Source: a virus (lineage: Duplodnaviria; Caudoviricetes). Taken from it: a stretch of DNA of 64,000 nt. The notes under the pieces were generated by a model. The model ran no database searches, had not been told where the DNA came from, and saw only the letters and a program-made list of their open reading frames with translations. Of the stretch, positions 54,623-63,398 are shown in pieces. Numbering within the stretch: position 1 is the first letter of the stretch; each line of letters opens with the position of its first letter. The position numbers and the translations under genes are program-made. The DNA lies in IMG/VR virus record IMGVR_UViG_2657245709_000001, positions 1 through 64,000 of that record; one strand, written 5' to 3'.

Positions 54623-55426
54623 TCAGGCAGCGGGTGCGCCCTGTGCCCGCTCCGTGGCCAGCGCCTGGTGCCGGTCGTTGCTGCGTCGGGCCCCATCAGG
54701 GCCTACTGCAGCAGTCAGGGCCCGGCATCGCAGTTCCGCCCACAGTGCGACGGCAGCCGGGTCGGCGGCACGCCACGCGGGTACGGTGCTGGCCCAAGCG
54801 CTGGCGCCGGCCGCAGTGTGGCCGTCCTCGATGAGCCGGATGGCGGTTTCGGCGGTGTCGGCCCAGGCGGGGCCGCGTGCGGCGAGCGCCCAGTCGACCA
54901 GCCAGATACGGGTGCTGTCGGCGAGGAGGTTGTGGGGGTTGATGTCGCCGTGGACGAGGTGGGTTCCGTGCAACTGCTCAAGCTCCCCTGGCGTGGCGTG
55001 TGCGGCCCACTGGTCGGACCAGGAGGGGAGGTGAGGTGTGCTGGGGGCCGGCAGCTCGGCGGCGGTGAGGAGGTCGGCGACGGCGGCGAGGTGCGGGGAG
55101 CCGGGGGTGAGGTCGGCGTGGAGGCCGTCGACGGCGTGGAAGGCGATCAGGTCCCAGTCCCAGGAGGAGCAGGAGGAGGTGGTGCGCCACAGGAGTGCGG
55201 GCGCCGCGGGGCCGGTGTGGGGTGCGACGGCGGCTTCTCGGTCATGGCCGGCGGAGTGCCCCCGGGTGGCCTTCACGAAGAGTGCTCCGCTGCCGGTGTC
55301 GAGGACGGCTGCAGCGTGGCAGTTGAACCCGGCGGTGATGTCGCGTACGGCGGTGATGGTCCCGTGCCGGGTCGTCACGGCGTCGTGGATGTGGGCCGGG
55401 AGCCCGGCCCACGGGATGTGGGTCAC
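54623..55426 (-). CDS. APH/choline-kinase-like phosphotransferase (267 aa)
   Basis: GTG at 55426 (GTGA-coupled). GFNC loop, FVK, Brenner motif HGDINPHN and LVDW. Confidence 0.88.
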   Translation of the reverse strand: MTHIPWAGLPAHIHDAVTTRHGTITAVRDITAGFNCHAAAVLDTGSGALFVKATRGHSAGHDREAAVAPHTGPAAPALLWRTTSSCSSWDWDLIAFHAVDGLHADLTPGSPHLAAVADLLTAAELPAPSTPHLPSWSDQWAAHATPGELEQLHGTHLVHGDINPHNLLADSTRIWLVDWALAARGPAWADTAETAIRLIEDGHTAAGASAWASTVPAWRAADPAAVALWAELRCRALTAAVGPDGARRSNDRHQALATERAQGAPAA

Positions 55427-55500
55427 TGCTGGGTGGCCCCGCATTTGCGGCAGCGGTTCGCGCCGCTCCACTGGACCCATTCGTGATCGCATTCGGCCAT
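55423..55500 (-). CDS. Unannotated 25-aa Cys/His micropeptide
   Basis: GAAAGGA RBS 8 nt before ATG 55500. Translates as MAECDHEWVQWSGANRCRKCGATQQ; the stop overlaps the kinase start. Confidence 0.7.
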   Translation of the reverse strand: MAECDHEWVQWSGANRCRKCGATQQ

Positions 55501-55738
55501 GGCGGGCATCCTTTCGTGCTGGTACGGGCGGCACTGTAGTGGTGGCGGGGGCGTGCCGGGAGGGCGCACGGAGGCGTGGACGGCTCGGTCCGGCTCCCTG
55601 TTCGTTCGTCTCGAACGCTCGGCAACGCGAGCGCTACGGGTGTCACAGCCAGGTGACGAGGCACCGGTTCGTCGTCGACGGCTGGGGCTGCGGGTGGATG
55701 CTCGCTGCTCCGAAGTTGATCTGAATCGAGGGGGCGTC

Positions 55739-55984
55739 ATGTTGACGAGACTGAGGGCCGCAGTTGCGGGAGCGCTGCTGGCGGGAGCGCTGCTGGCGCC
55801 GGTGGCCGTGGCGACGGATGCGGTGGCAGCTACCTGTGCCCGGCACACGACGGGGGTGTGCCGGGCGAACTCGCCGCACCCGCGCGGGGCGATGGCGCGG
55901 TGCAAGGACGGCAGCTACTCCTACAGCGCTCACGCGCGGGGGACCTGCTCGAGGCACCACGGCGTGCGGTACTGGTACCGGTAG
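55739..55984 (+). CDS. Secreted DUF3761-like protein (81 aa)
   Basis: GAGGGGG RBS and a signal peptide. GAMARCKDGSYSYS...GTCSRHHGV..W. Confidence 0.8.
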   Translation: MLTRLRAAVAGALLAGALLAPVAVATDAVAATCARHTTGVCRANSPHPRGAMARCKDGSYSYSAHARGTCSRHHGVRYWYR

Positions 55985-56065
55985 CCGTCGCTGCTCGGGA
56001 AGTCTTCGGCCTGCTGCGCCCCGCCTCTTCGGGAGGACGGGGCGCAGCGGCGTTCGCAGGTACTC

Positions 56066-56398
56066 CTACTCCGTCATCTGCCTCTGCGCCGCCAGGAGGG
56101 TGGTCACCGTGGCGCCCTTGAGCGTGGTGGACATGGCCTCGACGAGGGCGTCCGCGGCCTCGGGCCCGTGCGTGGCCGCGACGTGCCGGACTCCGGCGAC
56201 GATCGCCTCGGCGAAGGCCGCGGCGCCCGCGGCCAGGTTCGCTTTCCCTTGCGGGAGGTGGGCGGCGAGGGCGTGGTCGGTGGCGGTGCCCTGGTGGATC
56301 TGCATGGCCTGGATGAAGGCGCTGCGGCGGGGGTTGGTCATGCCGTCAGGGTCCCAGCCGGAGGGCGTGGGCATGCGCACTTCCAGGAGCTTCGGCAC
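56066..56398 (-). CDS. Hypothetical protein (110 aa)
   Basis: Tightly packed in the early operon. Confidence 0.6.
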   Translation of the reverse strand: MPKLLEVRMPTPSGWDPDGMTNPRRSAFIQAMQIHQGTATDHALAAHLPQGKANLAAGAAAFAEAIVAGVRHVAATHGPEAADALVEAMSTTLKGATVTTLLAAQRQMTE

Positions 56399-56399
56399 C

Positions 56400-56618
56400 T
56401 CAGAGCGGCCAGCCGGTGACGGGCGGGCGTTCGCCGACGGCCGCGACGTAGGAGATGACGTCGTCGACCTCGTCGGCCGACGTGTCGTCGAGGTCGACGG
56501 TGGCGGCGCCGAGGGCGGGGATGAGGCCGGGCTGGATTTCCCCGGTGGCGTAGAAGCGGCTGATGGGTCCGCCGTCGCGGATCGGGCGGACGATGGCGCG
56601 GATTTGGGTCTCGGTCAC
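56400..56618 (-). CDS. Hypothetical protein (72 aa)
   Basis: GGGGAG RBS. Confidence 0.65.
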   Translation of the reverse strand: MTETQIRAIVRPIRDGGPISRFYATGEIQPGLIPALGAATVDLDDTSADEVDDVISYVAAVGERPPVTGWPL

Positions 56619-56671
56619 AGGTACTCCCCCGTGGTCGTGGTGGCGAGTTGGGTGGCGGCGGGGTCGGGTGG

Positions 56672-56902
56672 TCAGGCGGGGCCGACGTAGCGGTAGCCGG
56701 TGCTGGTCGGCCGGAAGCGGTCGAGGCGGATCCGCGTGCGTCGACCCGGCTTGGAGCCGCGGTGGCCGACGCTGCGGAGCACGACGAGTTCGACGATCGC
56801 GTGAGTGCCGTCGATCTCGGTGATGCGCACCTTGCGTCCGTGGCTGCGCGGGTCGTTGTCCTGCCAGATCTGGTCGATTGCGGGGGCGGGTGTGTCGGTC
56901 AC
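56672..56902 (-). CDS. Small SH3-like phage protein (76 aa)
   Basis: GAGGAG RBS. QIWQDNDPR...RRTRIRLDRFRPTSTGYR. Confidence 0.7.
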   Translation of the reverse strand: MTDTPAPAIDQIWQDNDPRSHGRKVRITEIDGTHAIVELVVLRSVGHRGSKPGRRTRIRLDRFRPTSTGYRYVGPA

Positions 56903-56955
56903 GTGTTTCTCCTCGCTGGGGCCCGGCCGATGGGCCCAGTCAAGCGGTCGAGTGG

Positions 56956-57147
56956 TCAGACGGTGGGCTCGGTTCCGTCGAAGGCGCTCGGGGCTGGGGC
57001 CTCGTAGTTGCCGTCCGCTCCGTTGCGGTCGCGGACTCCGCAGCAGCGCTCGCGCACGCGCTTGATGGCTGCTTGCGCCGCCTCCAGCTCGGCGCGCTGC
57101 GCTTCCTCGTCGTCGGCCGGGCGCTGCTCCGGGATGGGCGGGGTCAT
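56956..57147 (-). CDS. Hypothetical protein (63 aa)
   Basis: ATGA-coupled, GGAGG RBS. Confidence 0.6.
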   Translation of the reverse strand: MTPPIPEQRPADDEEAQRAELEAAQAAIKRVRERCCGVRDRNGADGNYEAPAPSAFDGTEPTV

Positions 57148-57344
57148 GGGCCCTCCAGGGTTGTGCAGTGGTCGCCGTGGGTGATCTGGCGGTGCAGGGT
57201 GCGCACGCGGCGGACGGAGCGGGCGTAGCTGATGGCGGTGCAGAGGGCGATGACGCCCGCGGTGACGAACGTCAGTAGACCGCCTGCGATGCAGAGGAGG
57301 GCGGCCAGGACGAGGAGGCCGGGGCCGGCGGACAGGTCATGCAT
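57144..57344 (-). CDS. Small membrane protein (66 aa)
   Basis: ATG at 57344, long hydrophobic stretch. Confidence 0.55.
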   Translation of the reverse strand: MHDLSAGPGLLVLAALLCIAGGLLTFVTAGVIALCTAISYARSVRRVRTLHRQITHGDHCTTLEGP

Positions 57345-58692
57345 CGCGCACCACGTCCTCGCCCTCGCCCAGCGCCAGGAGTCGGACGTGCCCGCGCATC
57401 CGCTCGTACTTCTGCTCCGTGTCGTGCCCGTCCCACTGCGCCCGCTCATCGTCGGCGTTGACGGGCGTCACGTGCTGGACGAGGTCGGCGTCGCGCGGGT
57501 GGATGTGCCAGGACATCTGCCGTCCGCCGACGGTCAGGTAGAGGAGCTGCCAGCCCTCCTGGTCCTCGACGTCCAGGGCGGGGGTGCGGACGGCGTTCGC
57601 GGGGTGGAGGGCGGCGAGCCAGGCGAGGAGCTGCGCGCGCTCGCGGTATGCGGCGTCGCGCTCGGCCTCCGCGCGGCTGAGGTGGCAGGCGTAGCACCAG
57701 TCCGCGCAGGGGAGTTGCTCGGTGCTTCCGTCGGGGTTGCGGAGACTGAAGCGGATGTGGTTGTTCATGCCGCGGTCGATGAAGGCCAGCCAGTGAGCGG
57801 TCTCTGTGCGAGCGGCTTCGACGTCGCGGATCTCTGCGTCGATGAGGGTGCGCAGGAGGTGGCTGTCTTCGGGGGTGAGGCTGTGGGTGGCGCGAGCGGC
57901 GAGCAGCCGCATGGTGTGACGGCGGCCGTCGGGGTTGTCCTCGTCCGAGGGAAGCGGGGTGATCGCGGTGTGCAGCTCGGCGAGTCGGGCGTCCCACCAC
58001 CGGGCCATGGAGACGCCGAGCGGCGGTGCTCCGGCGGCGATCCACCGCTCGTACAGGGCGACGACCCGGGCGTCCGGTGTCAGCGGTGTGGACGACGGGG
58101 GCGTGGCGTCGAGTTGGCGGACGAGCTCGAGGCGGGCCGCGTCATCGATGCCGGGGCGGGGAGTGACCAGAGACTCGCGGAGGGCGGCGAGGCGTTGTTC
58201 GGCGTCGCCGTCGCAGCGGTGCTCGGGGCCACCCCAGGTGCGGAGGCATGCCTTGCACCATGCCTCCGCGTCGTCGATGTCGAGGTACTCCTCCAGGACG
58301 GCGAGCGCCGTGGCGGAGGCCTTCTCCGCGTCGAATCCGGCTTCCTGTCCGTGGCCACTGCTGCAGGCCGTCTTCAGCGCGGTGGCAAGGCGATCCTGGA
58401 GGGGGTGCGTCGGGTCGGGTGCGGGGCGTGCCTGGATGGTGCAGGGGTCGATGGTGATGGTGCGGTGTTCCGTCTGTGGGGAGCCGCCGGTGGTGACCTT
58501 CCGCCAGGCGCTGCCGTCCTCGTCGTCGAGGTAGAAGGTGTGGCTTGCGTAGGTGACTTCGACGACATCGCGGAGGGTGCCGGTGAGGTGCCGGGCCCAG
58601 TAGGCGGGGAAGGCGGTGTTGTCGGTGACGACGGCTCGGAGGCGGCGAGCGGTGCAGGGGTCGCCGTTCCAGCGGGTCTCGGTCATGGTCAT
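57337..58692 (-). CDS. Multi-domain mosaic early protein with C-terminal WDGH-motif domain (451 aa)
   Basis: AYRERAQLLA...GW...QMSWH...WDGH. Confidence 0.75.
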   Translation of the reverse strand: MTMTETRWNGDPCTARRLRAVVTDNTAFPAYWARHLTGTLRDVVEVTYASHTFYLDDEDGSAWRKVTTGGSPQTEHRTITIDPCTIQARPAPDPTHPLQDRLATALKTACSSGHGQEAGFDAEKASATALAVLEEYLDIDDAEAWCKACLRTWGGPEHRCDGDAEQRLAALRESLVTPRPGIDDAARLELVRQLDATPPSSTPLTPDARVVALYERWIAAGAPPLGVSMARWWDARLAELHTAITPLPSDEDNPDGRRHTMRLLAARATHSLTPEDSHLLRTLIDAEIRDVEAARTETAHWLAFIDRGMNNHIRFSLRNPDGSTEQLPCADWCYACHLSRAEAERDAAYRERAQLLAWLAALHPANAVRTPALDVEDQEGWQLLYLTVGGRQMSWHIHPRDADLVQHVTPVNADDERAQWDGHDTEQKYERMRGHVRLLALGEGEDVVRDA

Positions 58693-59192
58693 CCCTCGGT
58701 GCGGGGTGTGGTTGCTTCAGCGGCCGGCTCGGTGAGGATGTGCGGGGTGTGTCCCCATAGGGCTTCGACGTGGTTGGCGGTGACGGGGACGTCTCGGTAG
58801 GGCTTGCCGGGCAGTGGTTCGCCGGTCTGGGCAGCCCACCAGCCGGCGCAGACCATCGCGCCGAGGGGCAGCCCGCGGAACGTCGCGACGGGGGTGTATG
58901 CGCCGGTGGCGGAGATGGGCAGTCCCTGGTGGCAGAAGAACGGCTCGTTCTCGGGGAGCTGCGCGCCGAGGGCTTCGCGTTCGGGCGAGCCGGGCCGGTA
59001 GGCGCAGTCGGCGCACGGGGTGCGCATGACGGCGGGTGGGCGTGGGGCGCGGTCTGCGGGGCCGCACGGGTCGTCGGTGAGTCCCTCACCCGTGCAGTGG
59101 TGGCATCGCTCACCGAGGGACTCGTCGGGGTCGGGGAGTCGTCCGCCTACGCAGAAGGGGCACTTGAAGGGCGTGATCCGGAGGTCTGTCAC
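58689..59192 (-). CDS. Cys-rich protein (167 aa)
   Basis: CPFC, CHHC, PCADCAYR, FFCHQG and CAGW. Confidence 0.7.
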   Translation of the reverse strand: MTDLRITPFKCPFCVGGRLPDPDESLGERCHHCTGEGLTDDPCGPADRAPRPPAVMRTPCADCAYRPGSPEREALGAQLPENEPFFCHQGLPISATGAYTPVATFRGLPLGAMVCAGWWAAQTGEPLPGKPYRDVPVTANHVEALWGHTPHILTEPAAEATTPRTEG

Positions 59193-59287
59193 CTGGCTGC
59201 TCCGCCGAAGCGGCTGGTGGTGCCGCAGTAGGGGCCGTTGGAGCCGTCTTCGTCATCGTCTTCGGGTACGGGCTCGCGGGTGATCAT
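59189..59287 (-). CDS. Unannotated 32-aa acidic peptide
   Basis: MITREPVPEDDDEDGSNGPYCGTTSRFGGAAR. Coupled by ATGA upstream and GTGA downstream, GAGGAG RBS. Confidence 0.6.
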   Translation of the reverse strand: MITREPVPEDDDEDGSNGPYCGTTSRFGGAAR

Positions 59288-59487
59288 GAGGTCTCCTCGT
59301 CAGCGAAGTGGACGGTTCCCGCGTGGAGTTCGCCGACGTGGGTGATGTCGGTGGCTCCCCCGAGGCCCTGGTCGGGGAGGTCGAAGATGACGCGGCCGGA
59401 GGGGAACTCCACTCCGTGGAGGTCGGGTTGGTCCGGGGCGCGGATGACGAAGCGTCGGGCGTACTGGATCTGATCGGGCTGCTGCAC
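59284..59487 (-). CDS. Hypothetical protein (67 aa)
   Basis: GTG at 59487 with AGGAG RBS. HGVEFPSGRV. Confidence 0.65.
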   Translation of the reverse strand: MQQPDQIQYARRFVIRAPDQPDLHGVEFPSGRVIFDLPDQGLGGATDITHVGELHAGTVHFADEETS

Positions 59488-59549
59488 AGTTCTGCTCCTG
59501 GTAGGTAGTGGCGGCGGCGTGGGGCTTTGCGGCTGATGAGGGTGGGCCG

Positions 59550-60101
59550 TCATCGGGCGCGGTTGCGCTGGATGGCTCGGGCGAGGAGGAATACCTCGGC
59601 GGGGATGGGTTTCTGGGTGTTGCGGTGGCTGCCGAGGATCTGCGCGAGGAGTCGCGCGGCGACGGGGTCGAGGAGGCCGGCGAGGACTCCTGGTGGGCCG
59701 CTGACGGCGTTGCCGACACCGTTCGTGAACCAGAGCCCCCGCTCGGCGTTCTCGGAGTGCCAGTAGGGGTTGGTGACGATCTCGTGGCTGGTGGCCGCTG
59801 CGAGGGTGCGGAGCTCCCTGGCTGCGGTGTCGCAGGTCTCGAGGGGCGTGGGACCTTCGGGAGCGCCCTGGTGCTGGGCAGGTCCGGCGGACTGGGTGAG
59901 GTAGAAGACGTTCGACGCCGGCGTCGGCGAGGTGCCGGAGTGGCCGGGGCAGAAGTCCTGGCCGCTGGGGTGGGTGCGCCAGCCGAGGCCGCGGCCGATC
60001 CCGCGTGCTTCCGTGATGCTGGGCGCGTCGGTGTAGAGGCGCACCGTGCAGGCGCCGTCGGCCCATGAGCGGTTGCAGTGGAGGGTGATGGTGGTGCTCA
60101 C
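59550..60101 (-). CDS. Hypothetical protein with N-terminal zinc finger (183 aa)
   Basis: GTGA-coupled. C...C...GW...DFCPGH. Confidence 0.65.
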   Translation of the reverse strand: MSTTITLHCNRSWADGACTVRLYTDAPSITEARGIGRGLGWRTHPSGQDFCPGHSGTSPTPASNVFYLTQSAGPAQHQGAPEGPTPLETCDTAARELRTLAAATSHEIVTNPYWHSENAERGLWFTNGVGNAVSGPPGVLAGLLDPVAARLLAQILGSHRNTQKPIPAEVFLLARAIQRNRAR

Positions 60102-60472
60102 CGGCCGCCCTCCGTCTGCCGCCCGGCGGGCTGCACAGAGCCGTTGAGGGTGGCCCGGGAGTTGTCGACGATCACCGTGGAGGGGAGCTTTTCGAGCGTC
60201 TCCCGGTCCGGGTGCCGGTCCAGGACCGGGGTGGTGCCGAGGAGGGCTCGGGCGAACTGGACGGCGGGCTCGTCGTCGGGGCGATCGATCCGGGCGCCCA
60301 GGAGCGAGAGCCGTTCCTGTTCTTCCTCGAGCCAGGTCGTCAGCGGGTCACGGAGTCGCATGAGGGCGGCGAGGTAGATGAGGAGGTGCTCGCTGTTGCT
60401 GTCGACGCGTCCTCGGGGTTGGGGTGCTCGGAGGAGGGTGATCGCGTTGTCGATGTCGGCAAGTGGGTGCAT
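60098..60472 (-). CDS. Hypothetical protein (124 aa)
   Basis: GAAAGG RBS. Confidence 0.65.
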   Translation of the reverse strand: MHPLADIDNAITLLRAPQPRGRVDSNSEHLLIYLAALMRLRDPLTTWLEEEQERLSLLGARIDRPDDEPAVQFARALLGTTPVLDRHPDRETLEKLPSTVIVDNSRATLNGSVQPAGRQTEGGR

Positions 60473-60542
60473 CGGGTGGGCCTTTCACGCCGGGGAAGGG
60501 GCGGGGGCGCGGCTCGTGCGCGCCCCGCGAGAGGGGCTTTTG

Positions 60543-60944
60543 TCAGGCTCGGGGCGCGGCGGGCTGGAGGATGGCGAGGACGTCACGGGCCGCGGCGTGG
60601 TACGCCTCGTGGTCCACGGCCGTGAGGCTCGAGTACGGGATGGACTGACGTCCGGTTGCCTGGTCGTGGGCGGCGAGGGTGCGGGCGACGTCGTCGAGGG
60701 ACGGCTGGGCGGGGCGCTCGCGCTCGTAGCTCACGATGATCTCGTCGACACCGGGCCAGAAGGCGACCGCGCCTTCGGGGATCGTGGCGTCCGCGGGGAG
60801 TTGGTGGTCGGCGCGGTAGGAGCGGATGGCGTCCTGCCAGGCGGCGTTGACGGCGGTGTGGTTGGCGCCGTGCGTTTGGTCGACGGGGACTACGAACTCA
60901 CGCCGGGTGTACGAGATAGCACGCTGCGTGTGCGACTGAGGCAT
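60543..60944 (-). CDS. Hypothetical protein (133 aa)
   Basis: GGAG RBS. Confidence 0.65.
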   Translation of the reverse strand: MPQSHTQRAISYTRREFVVPVDQTHGANHTAVNAAWQDAIRSYRADHQLPADATIPEGAVAFWPGVDEIIVSYERERPAQPSLDDVARTLAAHDQATGRQSIPYSSLTAVDHEAYHAAARDVLAILQPAAPRA

Positions 60945-60984
60945 GGCAACTCCACTGTCAGATAGAGGTTGTTGGCGGTTTGGG

Positions 60985-61170
60985 TCAGGTGCGGGAGTGG
61001 TCTGGTCGAGGACGCGGCAGGGTCTGGGGCATCCTGCGGCGGGCGGCGCGGGCGGCGCGGGCGGCGAAGAAGAGAGCGAGAGCGCCCGCGGTGACGAGCA
61101 GCGCGATGGCGACGGTTGCGAGGGCGGCCCAGCCGATGAGCGCGCCGACGAAGATGAATAGGCCGTTCAC
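60985..61170 (-). CDS. Small membrane protein (61 aa)
   Basis: GTGA-coupled. Long hydrophobic stretch with a basic tail. Confidence 0.65.
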   Translation of the reverse strand: MNGLFIFVGALIGWAALATVAIALLVTAGALALFFAARAARAARRRMPQTLPRPRPDHSRT

Positions 61171-62843
61171 TCGACGCTGCCGGATTCGTCGGTGATGCCC
61201 GGGCCGTTGTGGTCAAGCAGCTCGGGCCCGAGCCGGGCCGGATCGGCAGGCCTGGCGAGCAGGCGCTGCAGTCGGCCGACAACCGCGCGGGCCTCTTCGG
61301 GGCTGGCCACGAGGACGCGCACTTCGTCGACCAGGTCGACGGCGAGGTCACGCTCTCGGCGAAGCCGGGCCTGTTCAGCGTCCGCGACCTTGAGCACGGC
61401 GTCAGCGCACTGCACGTAGAGGTGTTGCTCCGGGTCACGGTCCCACCTCGAGACCGCTGTGGCGTACAACTCGCGGCGGGCAAAGGCGTCCGGTGTCCTG
61501 GGCTCTGGCTGTTCCGCCTCGGCGGCCAGGCTGTGCAGCATGGCGGCGGGGTCGCCGGTGTGCTGGGCTACGGCGTTGGCTGCCTCGTGGAGCATCGCCG
61601 CCTTGTAGGTGGGCAGCAGGGCCAGCAGCGCGGCGGCGGCCAGGCCGACGTCGACGGTGATGGTGCGGCAGGCGTCGGCCGCGCTCACCCCCAGGGCGTG
61701 GACGGGGCACTCGGGGTGTGTGACTGTGCCTCCGCATTCGCACGACCTGGCTTCATACCTGCGCCGCGCCGCGCGGACGATCTCCTGCACAAGGTCGGGG
61801 TCCTGACCGGGCAGGCCACTGACGGAGACTGGTTCGTCGTCGACGACGGTTCGGCACAGGTCCGGGATCTCCACCTCGGGCTGGGTGTCGGGCGTCAGAG
61901 CGAAGCCCGCCTGGCGGACCCCAGCCGCGCGCGACACGGCGTCGGTGATGATGCGTCCGGCCTGCTCGGTCCAGGCGCTGACGCAGGAGAGGACCGCGTC
62001 GATACCGCCGACCTGGGCTTCACGGGTGTCGGCGTAGAGGTGGAGGCGGTCGAGGATCTCGCGGTAGATGTCGGCGCGGACCGCGACCGCGTACGGCCGC
62101 TCCGCGGCGGCGGCCAGCGCGCGGATCGCGGCGTCGGCGTCGGCGCCGTAGGCCACCCGGTCGTGCGGGTGGGCGTCGGCCCAGGTACGGCCGCGGTTCC
62201 AGTGGGCGTAGAGGGTGCCGGCGACGAGGTCCCGCAGTTCCGCGTGCGGGCGGACAACCTGCGTGCGGGCGGCGTCGTACAGGTCACGGACCCAGCGGGC
62301 GTCTCCGAGCGCGGTGTGCGCGACGTCGTCGGCGGGCGGTTCGACTCCGAGGGTGCGGGAGAGGGTGCGGGAGGACCAGGGCAGGGGGCCTGCGGCCTCG
62401 AGGCCGGTGCGGGCCGCGGCGAGCTGGACGATGTCGTAGGGGCGGTAGTGCCACTGGGCGCGGCCGGGGCCGAGGAGGCGGCGCAGGTGCCGGTCGTCGA
62501 ACCCGGGGTTGGAGCCGATGACCACGGTGCCGGACAGGAGGCTGGTGATGGCGGTGACCACCTCCGCGCGGGTCATGGCCACGAGGGCTTCGCTGCCGTC
62601 GCCGGTGTAGGCGGCCTCGGCGTGCGGGGGCACGGCGAAGCGCTCCAGGTAGCGGCCGATCTGAAGGGCCTCGCGGTCGGCGGTGGCGAGGCTGGGGCGG
62701 ATCTGCCACACGTACTCGGTGTCGGTGTGGTGGCCACCCTCGAACTCTCTGAGGATCACGGCGACCTCCCAGGCGACACCGATCTCGGCGTCGAGGTGGG
62801 TGGTCTCGCAGTCCACGAAAGCCAGCGGCATCATGCTCGGCAC
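61167..62843 (-). CDS. DEDDh 3'-5' exonuclease domain fused to a long mosaic C-terminus (about 555 aa)
   Basis: ExoI VDCETT, ExoII NPGFD, ExoIII HTALGD. The start may be ATG 62834 or 62831. Confidence 0.82.
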   Translation of the reverse strand: MPSMMPLAFVDCETTHLDAEIGVAWEVAVILREFEGGHHTDTEYVWQIRPSLATADREALQIGRYLERFAVPPHAEAAYTGDGSEALVAMTRAEVVTAITSLLSGTVVIGSNPGFDDRHLRRLLGPGRAQWHYRPYDIVQLAAARTGLEAAGPLPWSSRTLSRTLGVEPPADDVAHTALGDARWVRDLYDAARTQVVRPHAELRDLVAGTLYAHWNRGRTWADAHPHDRVAYGADADAAIRALAAAAERPYAVAVRADIYREILDRLHLYADTREAQVGGIDAVLSCVSAWTEQAGRIITDAVSRAAGVRQAGFALTPDTQPEVEIPDLCRTVVDDEPVSVSGLPGQDPDLVQEIVRAARRRYEARSCECGGTVTHPECPVHALGVSAADACRTITVDVGLAAAALLALLPTYKAAMLHEAANAVAQHTGDPAAMLHSLAAEAEQPEPRTPDAFARRELYATAVSRWDRDPEQHLYVQCADAVLKVADAEQARLRRERDLAVDLVDEVRVLVASPEEARAVVGRLQRLLARPADPARLGPELLDHNGPGITDESGSVE

Positions 62844-62879
62844 AGGGAGAATTCCGTTTCATTCAGGGTGAGTTGACCG

Positions 62880-62981
62880 TCACCAGCGGGTGCGGGAGGC
62901 CAGGAGCAGACATCCGGCGGCGAGACCGAGACCGAGACCGGTCAGGGCCAGGAGGCCGGGGAGCTGCGGCACCGGCCTCAC
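62880..62981 (-). CDS. Possible 33-aa membrane peptide
   Basis: MRPVPQLPGLLALTGLGLGLAAGCLLLASRTRW fills the gap; RBS is weak. Confidence 0.4.
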   Translation of the reverse strand: MRPVPQLPGLLALTGLGLGLAAGCLLLASRTRW

Positions 62982-62990
62982 GGGCTGATC

Positions 62991-63398
62991 TCAATCCGGG
63001 TGAAGGGGACGCGGGCGGTCAGCAAGCCGGGGAACGCCAGCCGCAAGGTGGTCGGCGCGGTCGGCTGCGGCCAGAAGAGCCATCGCCAGACGCCGGGCAT
63101 CCGAGGGGTGCATGGACACGAAGTCGAGTTCGCGTTCCCAGTCGTAGATGACGTAGGGATCGGGCTGCGCGACGTACACGCAGTCGCGGGTCTCAGCCTC
63201 ATCCACGGCGCGCACGACCCAGAGCGGTGGCCGTGCGGCGAACGGCGCTTGCTGGTCGACACGCCATTCGAGTCCGGGCATCGAGTGGTCCGGCGGGTTG
63301 ATGAGGTCCGGCTTCGGGCGTTCGGCGCTGTCGGCGATGGCTACGAGGTGGCGTAGTTCGCGGCGGAGTTGGGCGAGCGTCAGGTCGTCTGCGGCCAC
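62991..63398 (-). CDS. Hypothetical protein (135 aa)
   Basis: GTG at 63398 with GGAGG RBS. ARRLAMALLAAAD. Confidence 0.65.
   Translation of the reverse strand: MAADDLTLAQLRRELRHLVAIADSAERPKPDLINPPDHSMPGLEWRVDQQAPFAARPPLWVVRAVDEAETRDCVYVAQPDPYVIYDWERELDFVSMHPSDARRLAMALLAAADRADHLAAGVPRLADRPRPLHPD

Noticed and set aside
54623-55426. Aminoglycoside resistance gene call
   Set aside because: Only generic APH/choline-kinase fold motifs are visible; the substrate cannot be assigned.
62921-62940. (CGAGAC)x3 microsatellite as a phase-variation site
   Set aside because: The unit is a multiple of 3 and is explained by Gly-Leu repeats in a probable small membrane peptide.
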